Origin: Octopus vulgaris
Lineage: Eukaryota
Length of the DNA: 64,000 nt
Reading direction: 5' to 3'
Assembly (NCBI GenBank): GCA_951406725.2
Contig: OX597832.1
Span: forward strand, 9,238,001-9,302,000
The notes beneath the pieces were generated by a model that saw only the letters and a list, made by a program, of their open reading frames with translations, was not told where the DNA came from and ran no database searches. Made by a program: the position numbers and the translations under genes. Below are positions 28,176 to 43,290 of the stretch, in pieces. Position 1 is the stretch's first letter; each line of letters opens with the position of its first letter.

Positions 28176-28351
28176 GCAACAACAACAACAACTTCGAAAA
28201 ATAGCTTAGGAATGAGAACCCAGGTTCCAAATTTCCCCAAGACACCTGAAGAAGGCTGGAGGGTATAGCAGCCGAAACGTTGTGTAAATCCGTCGAAATG
28301 TAAATAATGTAAATAATGTACATAATTCCTCATCTCTTAAATATAGAACTG
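27888..28351 (+). mobile_element. tRNA-like + (AAC)n + hammerhead element, copy 2, with 11 bp TSD
   Basis: TSD taaaatcgaaa at 27877-27887 and 28352-28362; A-box TAGCGTAGTGG 28071-28081; degenerate B-box GGTTCTATTTC 28115-28125; (AAC)n 28139-28192; HHR 28242-28285. Confidence 0.85.
28242..28285 (+). ncRNA. Minimal type-I hammerhead ribozyme (intact core)
   Basis: acac CTGAAGA a ggctg-gagggtatag-cagcc GAAA CG TT gtgt. Stem I acac/gtgt, 5-bp stem II, palindromic ACGU stem III, GUU cleavage triplet. Confidence 0.85.
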
Positions 28352-28399
28352 TAAAATCGAAACGTTAACGATTTCTTCAATTTCCAAAGGTCTCTGCAT

Positions 28400-30210
28400 T
28401 AAGACCTGATATGTGCCAGTAGCGATATTGTCCGAAACCTCGTCGACACTGATATGTCCCATGATGACGTCTTATTTCCTCCTCTCTATGGGACTGGTCC
28501 GAACGACGTACCTTCGACATCGGTGTTACTTTTATTTGGCCACATGTGTCCAACAAAGAGGGGGAAAACAAGGGCAGACAATACATAAAAATGTGGGGAT
28601 TCGTGTCGGACGTTTTACAATGGTATGAAATTAAAAAAATTGAAATATGATTAAAAGTTTTTGTGTCAAGACACCCAGTCGACGCCCGAAATGATACCTT
28701 TTGATTTCCGCTGCCTCCACCTACCTTGTTCCAGTCACGCACAGCATCCTTTCTACAGAATTCCATATTTTTTTGTACATATTGTGCCATAGGTATCTCT
28801 TTTCTAGCCTGATCTTGCTCTTCAGTTCGTAGCTAAACATGCTAACCAACCCTTGACCGGTGATGAAGGTGCCTGTTGCGATCCCTCTTGCACGCGTCTT
28901 CCATATTGTCTTTTTTAGCATGACTACTATACAGAAAAAAAACAGATCTTCCTCACCCTGTTAAAGGAAGGAGGTGGCACAATCTATATAATAGACTCAG
29001 CTGATAGCTGTACTGTTTCCATTATCGACAACAGTAGCTCAGAAAAGGTTATCAGTCCCGTTAATTCCGTACGCTGTACGAAGACGTGCGAGACAGTTTC
29101 ACTGTCCTGCCCATACCTCGAAAATGTCGGTGAGGACGGTACAACCGTGCCTCGATAACGGCTCTCTATCAGGTAAAACTGATCGATGGCATAATCAGGT
29201 CAGGGATTTCTGGTAATTATACATATTCCCCGGACCAAATTTTCTCCTAAACAGATTGGTCAACTGACATCCATCGATGCCTAGAGTCTCTCCCAGGACA
29301 TCGTTTGACATAAACTCTATCAGCCCGCTATAGAAATCCGCTGTGGAAGTCCTACTGCCAGTATTGCCCATCCGGGAGAGCATCTTCAGTACCAATCGAC
29401 ACTCTAACTCGTCCTGCCTAGCTCTACGCTTGATACATGGACCAATATTGCGTAAGGATGTCAATTAAGGGAAGGAAAACCTCACGTGCGGTGACCACAC
29501 CTTTTCACCAGTCAGGTAGAGCCAGAGGTGCCAAAGCTTTAACGCCAAATTTTGCATCCTCAGCCACGGCAGAACGCCTTACAAGTGGTCCTCTTCTCTT
29601 CCACAAAATGTGGAATAGGAGTCATTTGAGCTTCTTCAGTCACAAACCGGAGTAAGGCACGACAGTCAGGCGGTAGATAATAAAGAATGCTATAAACACC
29701 GGTCCGATCTCCGCCATTCTTAGCAGAGATAACGCCCTTCTAGACCAAGTCCGGGTTAGGGATGTCACCCTGCCTGCAGCCTCGCTCAAATTTTTTTCTA
29801 TGTGGAAGTCTGGACCTAACCAGACCCCTAGCATTTTAATCGGTGTTTCTATCCACGACGTTATTGGGCGGCATTCACTTGCCCCTCCAAGTGCCGAGTT
29901 GCAAGCCAATTGACTTATCCTGATGAATTGCTGCTCCTGCCAATGCTTCTTATCCTTTCATTGCGTTTTCTACACTAGGAAGCTGCCCTTAATCGGACAT
30001 GATTTTGATGATATCATCTGCGTACCTAGCAGCTGTGCTTCCGCCGCATAGATCATGCGAAACGCCCCCTACCGACTCCACCCTTCGCAGTAATGTCTTA
30101 AGGGACAGTATATACAAAATTGGAGACAGGTGACATCCCTGCCGAACTGAGCGCTCAAAAGTGAATGGTTTCGAGAAGAAACAGTTCATCCAGGCAACAG
30201 GCTCGATGCA
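28400..30210 (-). mobile_element. Tx1/L1-clade LINE ORF2 relic
   Basis: SKPFTFERSVRQGCHLSPILYILSL, ARYADDI and IKMLGVWLG..WSRRALSL; many stops and frameshifts. Confidence 0.85.
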
Positions 30211-30224
30211 TCAAGAACAAACTG

Positions 30225-30259
<35 letters not shown>

Positions 30260-30261
<2 letters not shown>

Positions 30262-30954
30262 CAGTAACATTGTAATCTGTACAGGAATTTTCCCCCTCCA
30301 CAACTGCTGAGATTCCTTCAATCAACACCAAAATATGGATAAAGACGATTTATCAACAAGTGTAAACCACAATTAAATAGAGACTCAACCACGGCCAATA
30401 TATAAAGACAGACATTTAAAAACATTTTTAAACAATTTTATACATATCATTAAAAAATGCTCCTCTTCTAAACCGTTTTTCAATATACATATATGTCAGC
30501 ACACACACAAAAACACGAACACAAAAATAAACCCTTACACAAAAAAGAAAACGCCACAAAACACACGCACAAACATACACACACATACACTCATATACAC
30601 ATACAATAGAAAACATGAAAAGCACACAAACACTCTCACACACAAAAATATACACATATAAACAAAAAGGAAATCATCGCAAAAGCACACACACAGAAAT
30701 ACACACAGATACATCCACGCACACATACACAAGAAGACATCACAAAATCACACAAACGCACATCTAGTGACACCACACGTATACGCAGGAAGAGACACTC
30801 AAAAGAATACATCCAACGCAAAGAAAACACCTAATTCTTTTATCAACAAGAGAAATACTTCATAGCATAAACACTCATCAACTCACAGCTGATCATTTTT
30901 CAAAACATATTGAAAGGACATTCAACACAGTACACACACACACACACACGAACA

Positions 30955-30989
<35 letters not shown>

Positions 30990-31555
30990 GCGCATAAACA
31001 CAAACACAGGTGGACATAAGACCCATTCAATAAATGGTTTTTAGCCACTCCCTAGACAGGAACACAAAAATTTCTTTTAGACAATACACGTCACTTTTCT
31101 CAACCTCCAATACTCTGAACTCTACACTGAACTATATTTAATGTAGACTTCTACGCAAAATTACCAGACATGTTCCTGACCACCAGACAGAAGAAAGACT
31201 GTTTTTACTTCAACGTTTATAAATTATTAATTATATTTGATAATATGAAATACATCGAAACTGGTGATATTAACATCTTTATTTATAATTTATTAAATTC
31301 TCTCTTAAACTTATATATATATAAGTTTTATCTAAGGTTTATATATTTTCCTTGTGTTAATTGTCCTGTATTCTATATTATTTTTTTGTTGTTTTTAAAT
31401 ATATGTCCAGGTCCTTTGGTTTCTGTCTGCTTTCGTTTCTCATTGTGTTCGACCTCCTTTTGGTGTACTGTACTCATATATGCGTGTATATGTACATGTA
31501 GAGGTAGGTACGTACATATATGTTTATTTATATGCATATGTTTTATTTAAATTTA
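30260..31555 (+). mobile_element. Decayed PLE 3' end (EN C-terminus, AC-rich UTR, pseudo-LTR with HHR relic)
   Basis: IFPLHNC and FINKCKPQLN match IFPLYKF and LINKYRPLLN of the young PLE; AC-rich tract; atat TTGATAA tatg-aaata-catc GAAA CTGG TG atat at 31233-31270. Confidence 0.65.
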
Positions 31556-31561
31556 TTAATA

Positions 31562-31616
<55 letters not shown>

Positions 31617-31624
31617 ATATATAT

Positions 31625-32029
31625 AAGGGGAATTAACAAAAACAAAACAAAAGACGAAGACAGGTGTTGTAGACAACAAACAGATGAATTAGTATAACGC
31701 TCGGGAAGTGAAAAAGGTTTCGAGCCTACGCTGTCTGGACTTGGTTTGCTAGATTCTTCATGTGAGTTCAGATGTTGAAGCATATTCTGTTGTGTCAGGG
31801 GAGAGTCATTGTGTTTTAGAGCCTTATAATTTTATACAGAGACACCGGTAAAATTTCGTTTATTTATTTATTCTTCTAAAATTTTTGTTGCGTTTTGCAA
31901 CCTTTCCATTAGTTGTTGACTCTGTACGTTAGCCAAGCAGCGTTCTTTTACAATATTTTACCGTGTGTGTGTTAAATTATGTTACATTATAAGGCACTAA
32001 AAGAGAATGACTCTTCTCAGACACAACAA

Positions 32030-32032
<3 letters not shown>
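31625..32032. repeat. Composite PLE-tail relic with ~45 bp inverted repeats, between (TA)n tracts
   Basis: gttgtgtcaggggagagtcattgtgttttagagccttataat (~31788-31830) is inverted to 31985-32027; stem-II remnant agcgtaggctcgaaac on the minus strand at ~31717-31732. Confidence 0.5.
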
Positions 32033-32090
<58 letters not shown>

Positions 32091-33009
32091 ATGTATGTAT
32101 CTGTGTATGTGTGTTAATGTGTCTTATAGTTATGAGAACGAAATTAATAAATATAAATTAAATACTTATTAAAGAACGTTCAATATTGAATGAACGTGGT
32201 TTACTCTGTGTTTAATTTATATATATTAATTTCTTTCTCATAAAAAAAATTACGAATATGACCATCTTGATAATTTACGAATATATAAATCCTAATCACA
32301 TTTTCAGTCATAATTTCCAAATATTTATTTTAAATATTAATATGTAAAATGTGTATCAAGAATTCGGCCATACTTTAAAGGGCCAGAAATCTGATATAGG
32401 CAAGAGCTGGTGATTAATAGGCTATGCAGTGAATATTTATTGCCGACATATTCGCTCTTGCTACTCTGAATGCTACTGCTACACACAGAGATTAGAATCA
32501 CTAATACTACTGAAGGGACAAGCATTACCAATTTTAATATGAATAATTTATGAAGTTATTACGTAGGGGCTGCATTTGCGGTGACCGGCCAGCAATGTAT
32601 CTAAAATACTAATAATTTATCAAGTATATACTATATCTCTCATAAATCTGAGACTTAAATAATATTGTCATGTAATAAAACATCGTAAATAATGTACAAC
32701 GAATAGCTAAGTATCAAAAATTAACAAAGCTACAACCAATCGTGAATCGACTATTTGCATTCTATTGGTTGTTTTACACATATTTGACCGTATTTATAGC
32801 AAATTGTAATGCTTATGCTAATAAGTTTGGGAAATAATTCAATAGATTTATCACTAGAAATTGGTTGGTGTATTAAAATTAGTTGTAAGGCAATGCAAAT
32901 GAATTATCTTTGGCATAAATTCAGGATAAACAGTTTATATTTTAATATTGATTTAAATTTCAGTACAAGTCAAGCAATTTCCGAGGATGGGGTTATTGGA
33001 TTATATCTG

Positions 33010-33150
33010 TCTCAGCAATCTAGCGGTGATCATTTTATCGACTCAGAAATGCAAAGTTGGCCGGGGTGGAATTTGAAAGGGAACGTAGACGAAATACCGC
33101 TAAGCATTTTGCGCGTCGTGCTAACGGTTCTGCAACTTCGCCTCCTTCGG
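33010..33150 (-). mobile_element. tRNA-derived SINE fragment
   Basis: cattttatcgac..ggaatttgaa..gacgaaataccgctaagcattttgcgcgtcgtgctaacggttctgc; same family as 52448. Confidence 0.75.
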
Positions 33151-34039
33151 TTATTCTTTAATACGTTAAAACAATGACTGCTGAATATGAGCTGTGATAT
33201 ATTTGGTAGGCTTCCATGAGCAGTAACAATTTCAACTCTAAAGAAACATGACGTTCTTATTAAAGTAATATGCTAAAGGCAAAATGAGAAGGCATTAACT
33301 CTGAATTAAACAAAAGAATTAGCAATTCGATATAATGATGATACTTCCCTTAAGTAATATTTGCGAAAGCTTGATATTTAAAAACGACAATGCCATCAAT
33401 ATTAAATAAGGCACACAACATTCGGTACTTAAAAACAAGTTACACATGATTGAAAAGTAGATTAAAGATTAAGAATTGTCGTAATTATGGTGAATATTGC
33501 AGCATTGACGAAATATTCTTTCTCTCTTAAAGCGACTGCACAATGCAATGTTTTCTCATTTTCAAGACAGCAGGACAAGATTTGGCAAAGGCTTAGTAAA
33601 GCAGGAAATTTGGCAAAGGTTTAGTAAAACAGTTTCGTGAAAAATATGAATATCGACCTATGCAGTATTTATGTTGTTGCGGAGTGACAAGCATAAACCA
33701 CACAAAATTTGGACAATGAAGATTTGTGAGATAATGCCCAATAAATAGTTCCTCGATGGAGGACTGTTATGATAAAGAAGATTCGAAAACAGCACTTTTT
33801 TTTTCTTTTTCAGCGTTGTGTTTTATATGGAGATTGCCTCGGCAGCTTCATCCAGTGGAAAGTACATCGGATAATAATATGTGATTTTATATCAATGTGT
33901 ACAATTTCAAATATATTCAACAACCGTATATCATCCAAGTGTCGTATATCATCCAAGAAACGCCTGGTACAGTAACCGATGAGTAGGCAGGGAGCATGGA
34001 TATCTCTTTCTATCCATGTATGTATGTATGTATGCATGT

Positions 34040-34278
<239 letters not shown>

Positions 34279-34661
34279 CGTAATAATGCATGCGTCAGTA
34301 ATATATTACAAGGAGTTATCTGCAAATTGAAAACACACTATAATATGTGTAAAAAGAATTATAAAAAAAAGCTGGAATATCACACAGCATCTCCAAATTA
34401 ATTCGTATATAAATACACATGTACACACGCGTGCACAGAGACACAAGTTGTGTGCGCACAAACACATATACATGCATATATTCGTTGCATTAGCAAGCAA
34501 AACATAAAGTAATGTTCTATGCGAATAGGGCGCTAGTTCTTCATTCATGCCAGCTCTTTCATGCGAAGCGAATATTGTGAAGACTTTCCATACTTCACCG
34601 AACTGCCTTGGTGCTTCAGTTTAAGTACATAATTCGACTGAATCTCAATTTATTAAAAATG

Positions 34662-34720
<59 letters not shown>

Positions 34721-34993
34721 CACACAAACATATACATGGTGGTTTTGTTGTGCTCATGCAGAGACGGGCTATCTCCTGTACCTAAACCGTAGGTTCCTCA
34801 TGGCGTCTAATGTGACTTTTTAAACTGGACAATGCATGGAAAAGACACCCACATACATTGCCTATTTGATGTGGACCACGAAGAGTTGCAGTTCAAAATT
34901 TTGTTATATCGATTATCATTCATTTTTATCACCAGGACAATGTCCAGTTTCCGATGTCTGATTAGGTGATCGCTCTTAATCTCCACCACCACA

Positions 34994-35112
<119 letters not shown>

Positions 35113-35154
35113 CAGTAGTAGTAGTATTAGTATTAGTAGTAGTAGTAGTAGTAA

Positions 35155-35225
<71 letters not shown>

Positions 35226-36296
35226 TAAATACTCTGCTTCTCCGAGCTCTCGATCTTATTTGCTTTAGTTGATTCTGAGAGAACGGACAGTAATCTCCTT
35301 CAAGAGTACTCAGAAAGTCACTTTCCCTAAATCATAATACATAGCATCTGGATGTTAATTCACATGGAAGATATTCAACACCCAAGCACCTATGTCAAAA
35401 TCTGATACCTTACTGAAGCAAATGGCAGAGTACCAAGTACCCCGTATAGACTGAGGTCAATAACATTCTGACCACACAATAAAGAAAACCGTAATGTCGT
35501 GACTGCTGCAGACGCCGCAAGCTATCAGTAGCATCAACAACAGCAAGTTACACATACAGTAGCAACATAATCAATAACATCCACAAGAGCATTGGTGGAA
35601 ACAGTAGACATTTTTTAAATGCTTGAGAAACAACAATATCAATGACAGAAAATGACGTTAAATCTGAGACACACTATCTCCGTCACCAGCAGCACGACAC
35701 CTGCACCGACAGCGAAATACTAAACACAAATCACAGTACTGACATCGTGAACATGTGGAAAAAAACACAAACACTACGCTGCAATAAAAGAAAGAAATAA
35801 AACAATGCATAACAAAAATAGCATTGTAAATTGTAACAACAATAGCACAAAACATGCTTCCGAAATTCTGTCCAATTCGATATTGAAAAATACCCCACAA
35901 TAAATCGCTGTTGTATATTTTAATAAAAACAAATACAGAAATTATAACAACAATTTAACGATCCCATTTTAGAAAGTCATAATATGCAATTATCCAATAA
36001 GGACGTCATTTGTTATCTACAAGCCAGCTGAGATAAAGTCGTATGGGAAGTTAGAAATAATTTTTATGGAAAGACTTCTCAGAGAAACTTTTCAAGGAGC
36101 TCTTTCCCGAATAGTAGCTTGAATAAATCTTAAGCAAGATATCACTCTCCAATTTCTTTTGTGTCCTGTTCATACAGCATCCACGTAAATTGGTGTATTA
36201 CATATTTTGGAATAATAAATCTCTGAGCGAGATGTAAACAGTAGCTGCACGGAATCGTGAAGTACATTTTCCACCTAAATTCAGCAGAACCCTATG

Positions 36297-37617
36297 AGTG
36301 ATGCCTCTTGGGAACTGTGAATAAGATTCATTGGAATGTGAGGACATTGGTAGAGTATTATTGCCGATAAACACGGGTATATAAGTTCGATTGCATTACT
36401 CCTATCATATCATATACCAATTATCTTTAGTGAATACATTCCAAAAGAACGTGAATTATATTTTCCGCCTAAATGTGGCGGACTCATTAGGGGTCAATGC
36501 TACTGTTGTTTATAGCCCCAGGAAGACATCTACTCCAGCTAGCTAATGACACACTGTCTGTATCCGATTAGTATTGCGAATGGAAATCATCGTTCCCATT
36601 TCTAGCCTTACGTGATACACACAGACCTGGGTGTCTGGATAGCAACCCGTCATCAGCGTGTTACAATAAACAGCTAGCGATGAAAACTCATTCCAAACGC
36701 AAAATACTATATGCTTTTTCCAGTGACAAACTGTCGCTGATCTCGAAAATGGTGTAACAAGCAATAATAAACCCCTGAGCGAGACGTAAACAGTAGCAGT
36801 GCGAAATCGAGAAGTATATTTGCCACCTAAATATGGCGGATCTTTTGGGGACGAAGCTACTGTTGGTTATAGCCACTGAAAGACATCTCCTCCAGCTGGC
36901 TAACGGAGTGCTGTGTCCGATTGGTATTTGCGAAGGGAAATCATCGTGCTTATCTGTGTGTATCACGTAAGACTAGAGATGGGAACAGTGATTTCCATTC
37001 GCAAATACTAATCGGACGCAGACAGTGTGTCGTTAGCCAGCTGGAGGAGATGTCTTCCTGGAGCTATAAACAGCAGTAGTTTTGACCCCTAATGAGTCCG
37101 CCACATTTAGGTGGAAAATATACTTCACGATCTTTTGGAATGTTTTCACTAAAGCTAAGTGGTATATGTTAGGAGCAATGACATGAAAGATAAACATACT
37201 ATACAATGTGTATGATTATAGGTATTATATTAAAACTATAGAGATTAACGAGCTAATTATGAGGAAGCAGAGAATTCCCGCTTATACCCGAACGGCAGAA
37301 GTATATGACAATACGATCAAAGTCTGCTTTGTCATTGTTAGGAATCTTTCTTCTTGTAAATTTATTCTAGTTTCTGCCTAATTATATAGACCTTTGGTAT
37401 CCCCCAACTGAACTAGGCCAATGGTCTAGTACCTCGCAGCTCAACTCTGTAGAGTAGATATACACTTCTAGATGACTTGGTGTAAGCTACTGGCAATTGT
37501 TAATCTTTGCTCTATTCATCGCTTCATGATATTTGAAAGATGTAATCCAACTTATATACCCGTGTTTACCGGCACATTCTAGTGAATCTTATTCACAGTT
37601 CCCAGCAGGCATCACTA
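36297..37617. mobile_element. Foldback element with ~330 bp inverted arms, internal direct repeats and a ~360 bp insert in the right arm
   Basis: 36396-36626 is inverted to 36954-37180, and 36297-36396 is inverted to 37541-37617. The core 36450-36595 is repeated directly at 36808-36948; 36211-36290 is repeated at 36762-36840. Confidence 0.8.
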
Positions 37618-37779
37618 TACAGTTTAGTAGGCAACTGCTTTAGAGTCACTATATACACAATAAATAAAATAGGAGACATTTAATGGACGGAGTATGTGGT
37701 TCAAATTTGATCGTGATACATGGCCATTTCAGACTGGTATCGAACTGAAGCTTACGGTATACAGACGATCCCGTCCTCT

Positions 37780-38590
37780 GAAAACGGGTTTGAAATGAGC
37801 GCAATGACCAGAGCCTATTAGTTACGATAAGCGCGTTCTAATGATCCATATTGAAAGATATACCGAAGCCCGATTATACAGTCAAGATTTCTACGATGTA
37901 TCTATGAGGTGGTTGATATATCTGACTACCCAGCATGCATGGAGAGTGATGAAAACTTACTGCATGCGCTTGTACGTTGTTCGAAGTTTGCTGAATTGTG
38001 AGTTATAGCCAACAGCGGCTTCCACGTGAGGGAAGGATCCAACTATCGGTCGATACCATTGTGAAAATGACCCTGCCGGCAACGCTTGATTGGAGAGTGC
38101 CGGCAATATTCATGAGTATTGTAGCTTTATCGAAATAAGTTTCGTGACGGCTGAGAAGGTAAGAAATGAAGGAAGGCACTGTCTTCTTTCGGTAAGATTT
38201 CGTCGCCTTAAAAACATTTTCATTGAGAAAAAAAGGTTGAGCGTTGTGAGAGATGTGCAGCTCCACACCAGTAAATTTGTTGAAAGCTGGGTGAATGGGA
38301 CGAGGAATGTTAGTGGGCGTAATCTAAACTGCCGCCTGTAGACAGCGAAGTAAAAAGCAGAGATGAGCACCAGACTTCTTACAGATAATGATCAGGATGT
38401 CTCGGGAACTCTAGTGGCCCTTGATCGCTTCTGGTTGGAGCTTCTCCGCTAATAGGAAATTGCTATGTTAAAACATCTTTGTTAATATTTATTCCATCAG
38501 TTGTTTACATGTGTTTATGTAAACCTCCAGTGTCTTCTGTATTAGTATTGTCCTAAATATCATTCATGGCTCTTGTGTTCCAAAAAAGAA
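37780..38590 (+). mobile_element. Tx1/L1-type LINE 3' relic
   Basis: CMESDENLLHALVRC zinc-knuckle remnant; similar to the reverse complement of ~28700-29120. Confidence 0.55.
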
Positions 38591-38681
38591 AGACTCATCA
38601 TCGTCGTCATCGTCATCATCATCATCATCATCATCATGATCAACATTATTATTAATATTATTATTATTATTATTATTATTA

Positions 38682-39216
38682 TGAGCGAGCAGAGCATGCC
38701 ATCAAAGTGACACTGGGGTAAAATATACGAAGCCCAGTATACCCATCATGACTACCCGTCTGATAAGGGTACACCAGGCACATGCATCACAACCATATGT
38801 GCGCGACATGGTGATCTCATATCAAGATAAACAGCACATGACCTTGCAGGTGGAGCCCAGTTAGAATTTTCTTCAGATCGAGTAACCCATCCCGCTCAAA
38901 AGGTCCTTGAATAAGGGTTATTTAAGGACGTTGAACGAAACACCCATGTTTCCAGAGGTGAATTATTCAAACCCCAAAGAATCCTTCTCAACACATGGCT
39001 ATGATGCTCCCCACTACTTCTGCCCGTGATCAGAGATGCACATATCGTCAGCCACTAAGGGACATGCTCAACTGGTTAAGGTCAAACAACTAACAAGCAA
39101 ATCTGTGGTATTGAGCAGAATATTTGCTGTAGCCCATCTTTTATACCAAGACAAAACAACGTACATTATAACACTTCCAATCAGTTAAGATCAGAAGGCA
39201 TGAGAGCCACTGCCTG
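38682..39216 (-). mobile_element. (TAA)n-embedded non-coding retroposed repeat, copy B
   Basis: Homologous to 5083-5403 and 40818-41313; (ATT)n on both sides. Confidence 0.85.
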
Positions 39217-39260
<44 letters not shown>

Positions 39261-39269
39261 GATTATTAA

Positions 39270-40680
<1,411 letters not shown>

Positions 40681-40733
40681 TTTATTTTTATTATAAATCA
40701 CCATCATCATTATTATTATTATTATTGCTATTA

Positions 40734-40767
<34 letters not shown>

Positions 40768-40769
40768 CA

Positions 40770-40803
<34 letters not shown>

Positions 40804-40817
40804 CATTATTATTATTA

Positions 40818-41313
40818 AGTAAGGAGAGCAGTGCATTCCACCAAATTACACTGGGGTAAAATATACGAAGCCCAGTATTCCTATCGTGACAACTCGTCTG
40901 ATAAGGGTACATCAGGCACATGCATCACAAAAATAAGTGCGCGACATGGTGATCTGATATCAAAATAAACAGCATATGAACTTGAAGGTGGGGCCCAGTT
41001 AGAATTTTCTTCAGGTTGAGTTGTCTATCCTGATCAAAAGGTTCCTCACTAAAGGTTGTTTAAGGATGTTGAATGAGAAACCCAATACATGGTTAGGTAT
41101 CCTCCCCAATACTCCTCCTCGTAATCATAGATGCACATACCAAGGGACATGCTCAACTGGTTATGGTCAAACAACGGACAAACAAATCTGTGGTATTATG
41201 CAGAATATTTGCTGTAAACCATATTTTATGCCTAGCCAAAATAATGTGCATAACAGTTCCAATCAGTTAAGATCAGAAGCCACGAAAGCCATTGTCTGAT
41301 ACTGTGTCAGGGC
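40818..41313 (-). mobile_element. (TAA)n-embedded non-coding retroposed repeat, copy C (more diverged, internal deletions)
   Basis: Homologous to copy B. Confidence 0.8.
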
Positions 41314-41364
41314 ATTTATTATTATTATTATTGTCATTATTATTATCACCATCATTAGTGAATA

Positions 41365-41431
<67 letters not shown>

Positions 41432-41914
41432 TGTTGTTGTTGTTGTAGTAGTGGTACCAGCAGCCGCAAATTAAGCAGTAATTTAGGAGTCGGAAAGAAA
41501 TATATAAAATATAGCAACTGAAATATTTTTGTTTTCAATTGCAAACCTAGAGAATTGAAGCAAAGTCTCAGAAGACAGACGTATATGCCTAATGAGATAT
41601 TTAATGATGTAAATATTATAGTCAACATATGGTCAGACGTATCAGATGTCACTAGAACTAGAAAAAAAAAGTAATTTGCAAATGAAGTCACCAGACGATT
41701 TTAGATCATGCCATACGATATATTCAAATAGATTTGCTTGTCACATCTTATTGCAAATACGTCATAATCTTAACAGTAATATTGGCAATGTTAGTATAGA
41801 GGCATGCCAGATTAACTACGAATGTGACACCAGTAGGATTACTGATCACAATGATGGAATTACTTATCGAGTTTTCGTCAGGACATTCTTTCATTTATGC
41901 CCACACGTATTTGG

Positions 41915-41994
<80 letters not shown>

Positions 41995-42179
41995 TTATAC
42001 TATAGGCACAGGGGAACCTCTGGAACGATAGTGCTAATAGGTGACTAGAATACCGGTTTAAATTGAGCCCGTGTGCTCAATGACGAATTTCACTAACTCA
42101 ACTAATTGGTATGTAGAGAGAATAGTCCGTAGGCTAGTAGATAAAGAAAGGATACGTTATCCATTTTTCAAAATTGTCC

Positions 42180-43290
42180 GCTAGAAATCACTTGATTTCG
42201 ACTCGAAAGATTGATCCATCGAAACTCTCAATTCAGCATCATTAGTGAATGAAGCTCCGCGCATAGCTTTTGAAAGAGTTAGAAAAACGTGGAAATCCGT
42301 TGGTGCCAAATCAGGAGAGTGCAGCGGATATGGCACCACGTCCTAGCCATGCGCTTGAATGGCTTCCTTGTTCATAGTGGCGACATGATCGTGGGCTTTA
42401 TCGTGCAGCAGAAGTCCATGCTGCCGATTAGGTCTTATCTCTTGAATAGCCGTGTTGTGTCGTTCCATCAGCTGAACATAGAGTTCTGCGTTGACCGTTT
42501 GGCTCCGTTCAAGCAATTAGTAATCGGTTATCGCTTCCCAGTCTCACCATGCGCATAACATTATTTTACGCGGATGAAACATCTTGTTTCACGCGCTGTG
42601 TCTCTTGTTTACTGGGGCTAAGCCATTCCTTACGCTGCTTCATATTGATGTACAGGCACCATTTTTCATCGCCTGTAGCGATCCGGTAAAGAAACCATTG
42701 CTTGTGTCCATGAGTTGAGCGGTGACGAGCAAGCAAACCAGTGGAGATTGTGGCTCATTGATTTTTGTTGTTGCCACAGAAAGCATACGGAACACATGCT
42801 TCGTACTTCTAAACATTTCCCATAGAGTGAAGATGCTTTTCTATAGCAGTGTGGAAGCATTCCATTTTCTCTGCCAGTTCGCTTGTCGTTTGACGAGAAT
42901 TTTCGCACAAAAGTTGGTATAATCGTTCTTCATCGAACTCAACTTGACGGCAATTTTGAAATTGGCATACCAATCACGAGCTGCTCCTTCAGCTATGACA
43001 CTCTCTTCATACACAGTACAAATGTCACGAGCAGCTTTGGCGGCCTTAGACCCTTGATTAAAAGTAAAAAGAAGGAAGTGTCAAAAATGCTCGTTTTTCT
43101 TAACTTGACATTCTATTTTAATGATCTGAAAATATACAAAAAATAATAAAATTAACTAGAAAAAAATAAACAAAATAGATTCCAAAATCATTCAAAAATA
43201 GAATTCTCGTAAAAATAGATTCCAAAATTTAAAAACGCAATAAATTCCAAAATTTAAAAACACGGCGGGAACTTAGTTGCCAACCCAATA
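42180..43290 (-). mobile_element. mariner transposon relic with left TIR
   Basis: TIR tattgggttggcaactaagttc (43269-43290, minus); CQVKKNEHF..FNQGSKAAKAARDICTVY; HSPDLAPTDFH near 42280-42320. Confidence 0.9.

Noticed and set aside
31870-31915. Hammerhead-like fold on minus strand (cta ATGGAAA g GTTGC aaaac GCAAC AAAA ATTT tag)
   Set aside because: Stem II is perfect, but both core boxes carry several mismatches; at best a dead relic.
36211-37180. CRISPR-like spaced repeats
   Set aside because: Repeats are long, irregular and partly inverted; there are no cas genes and the DNA is eukaryotic.
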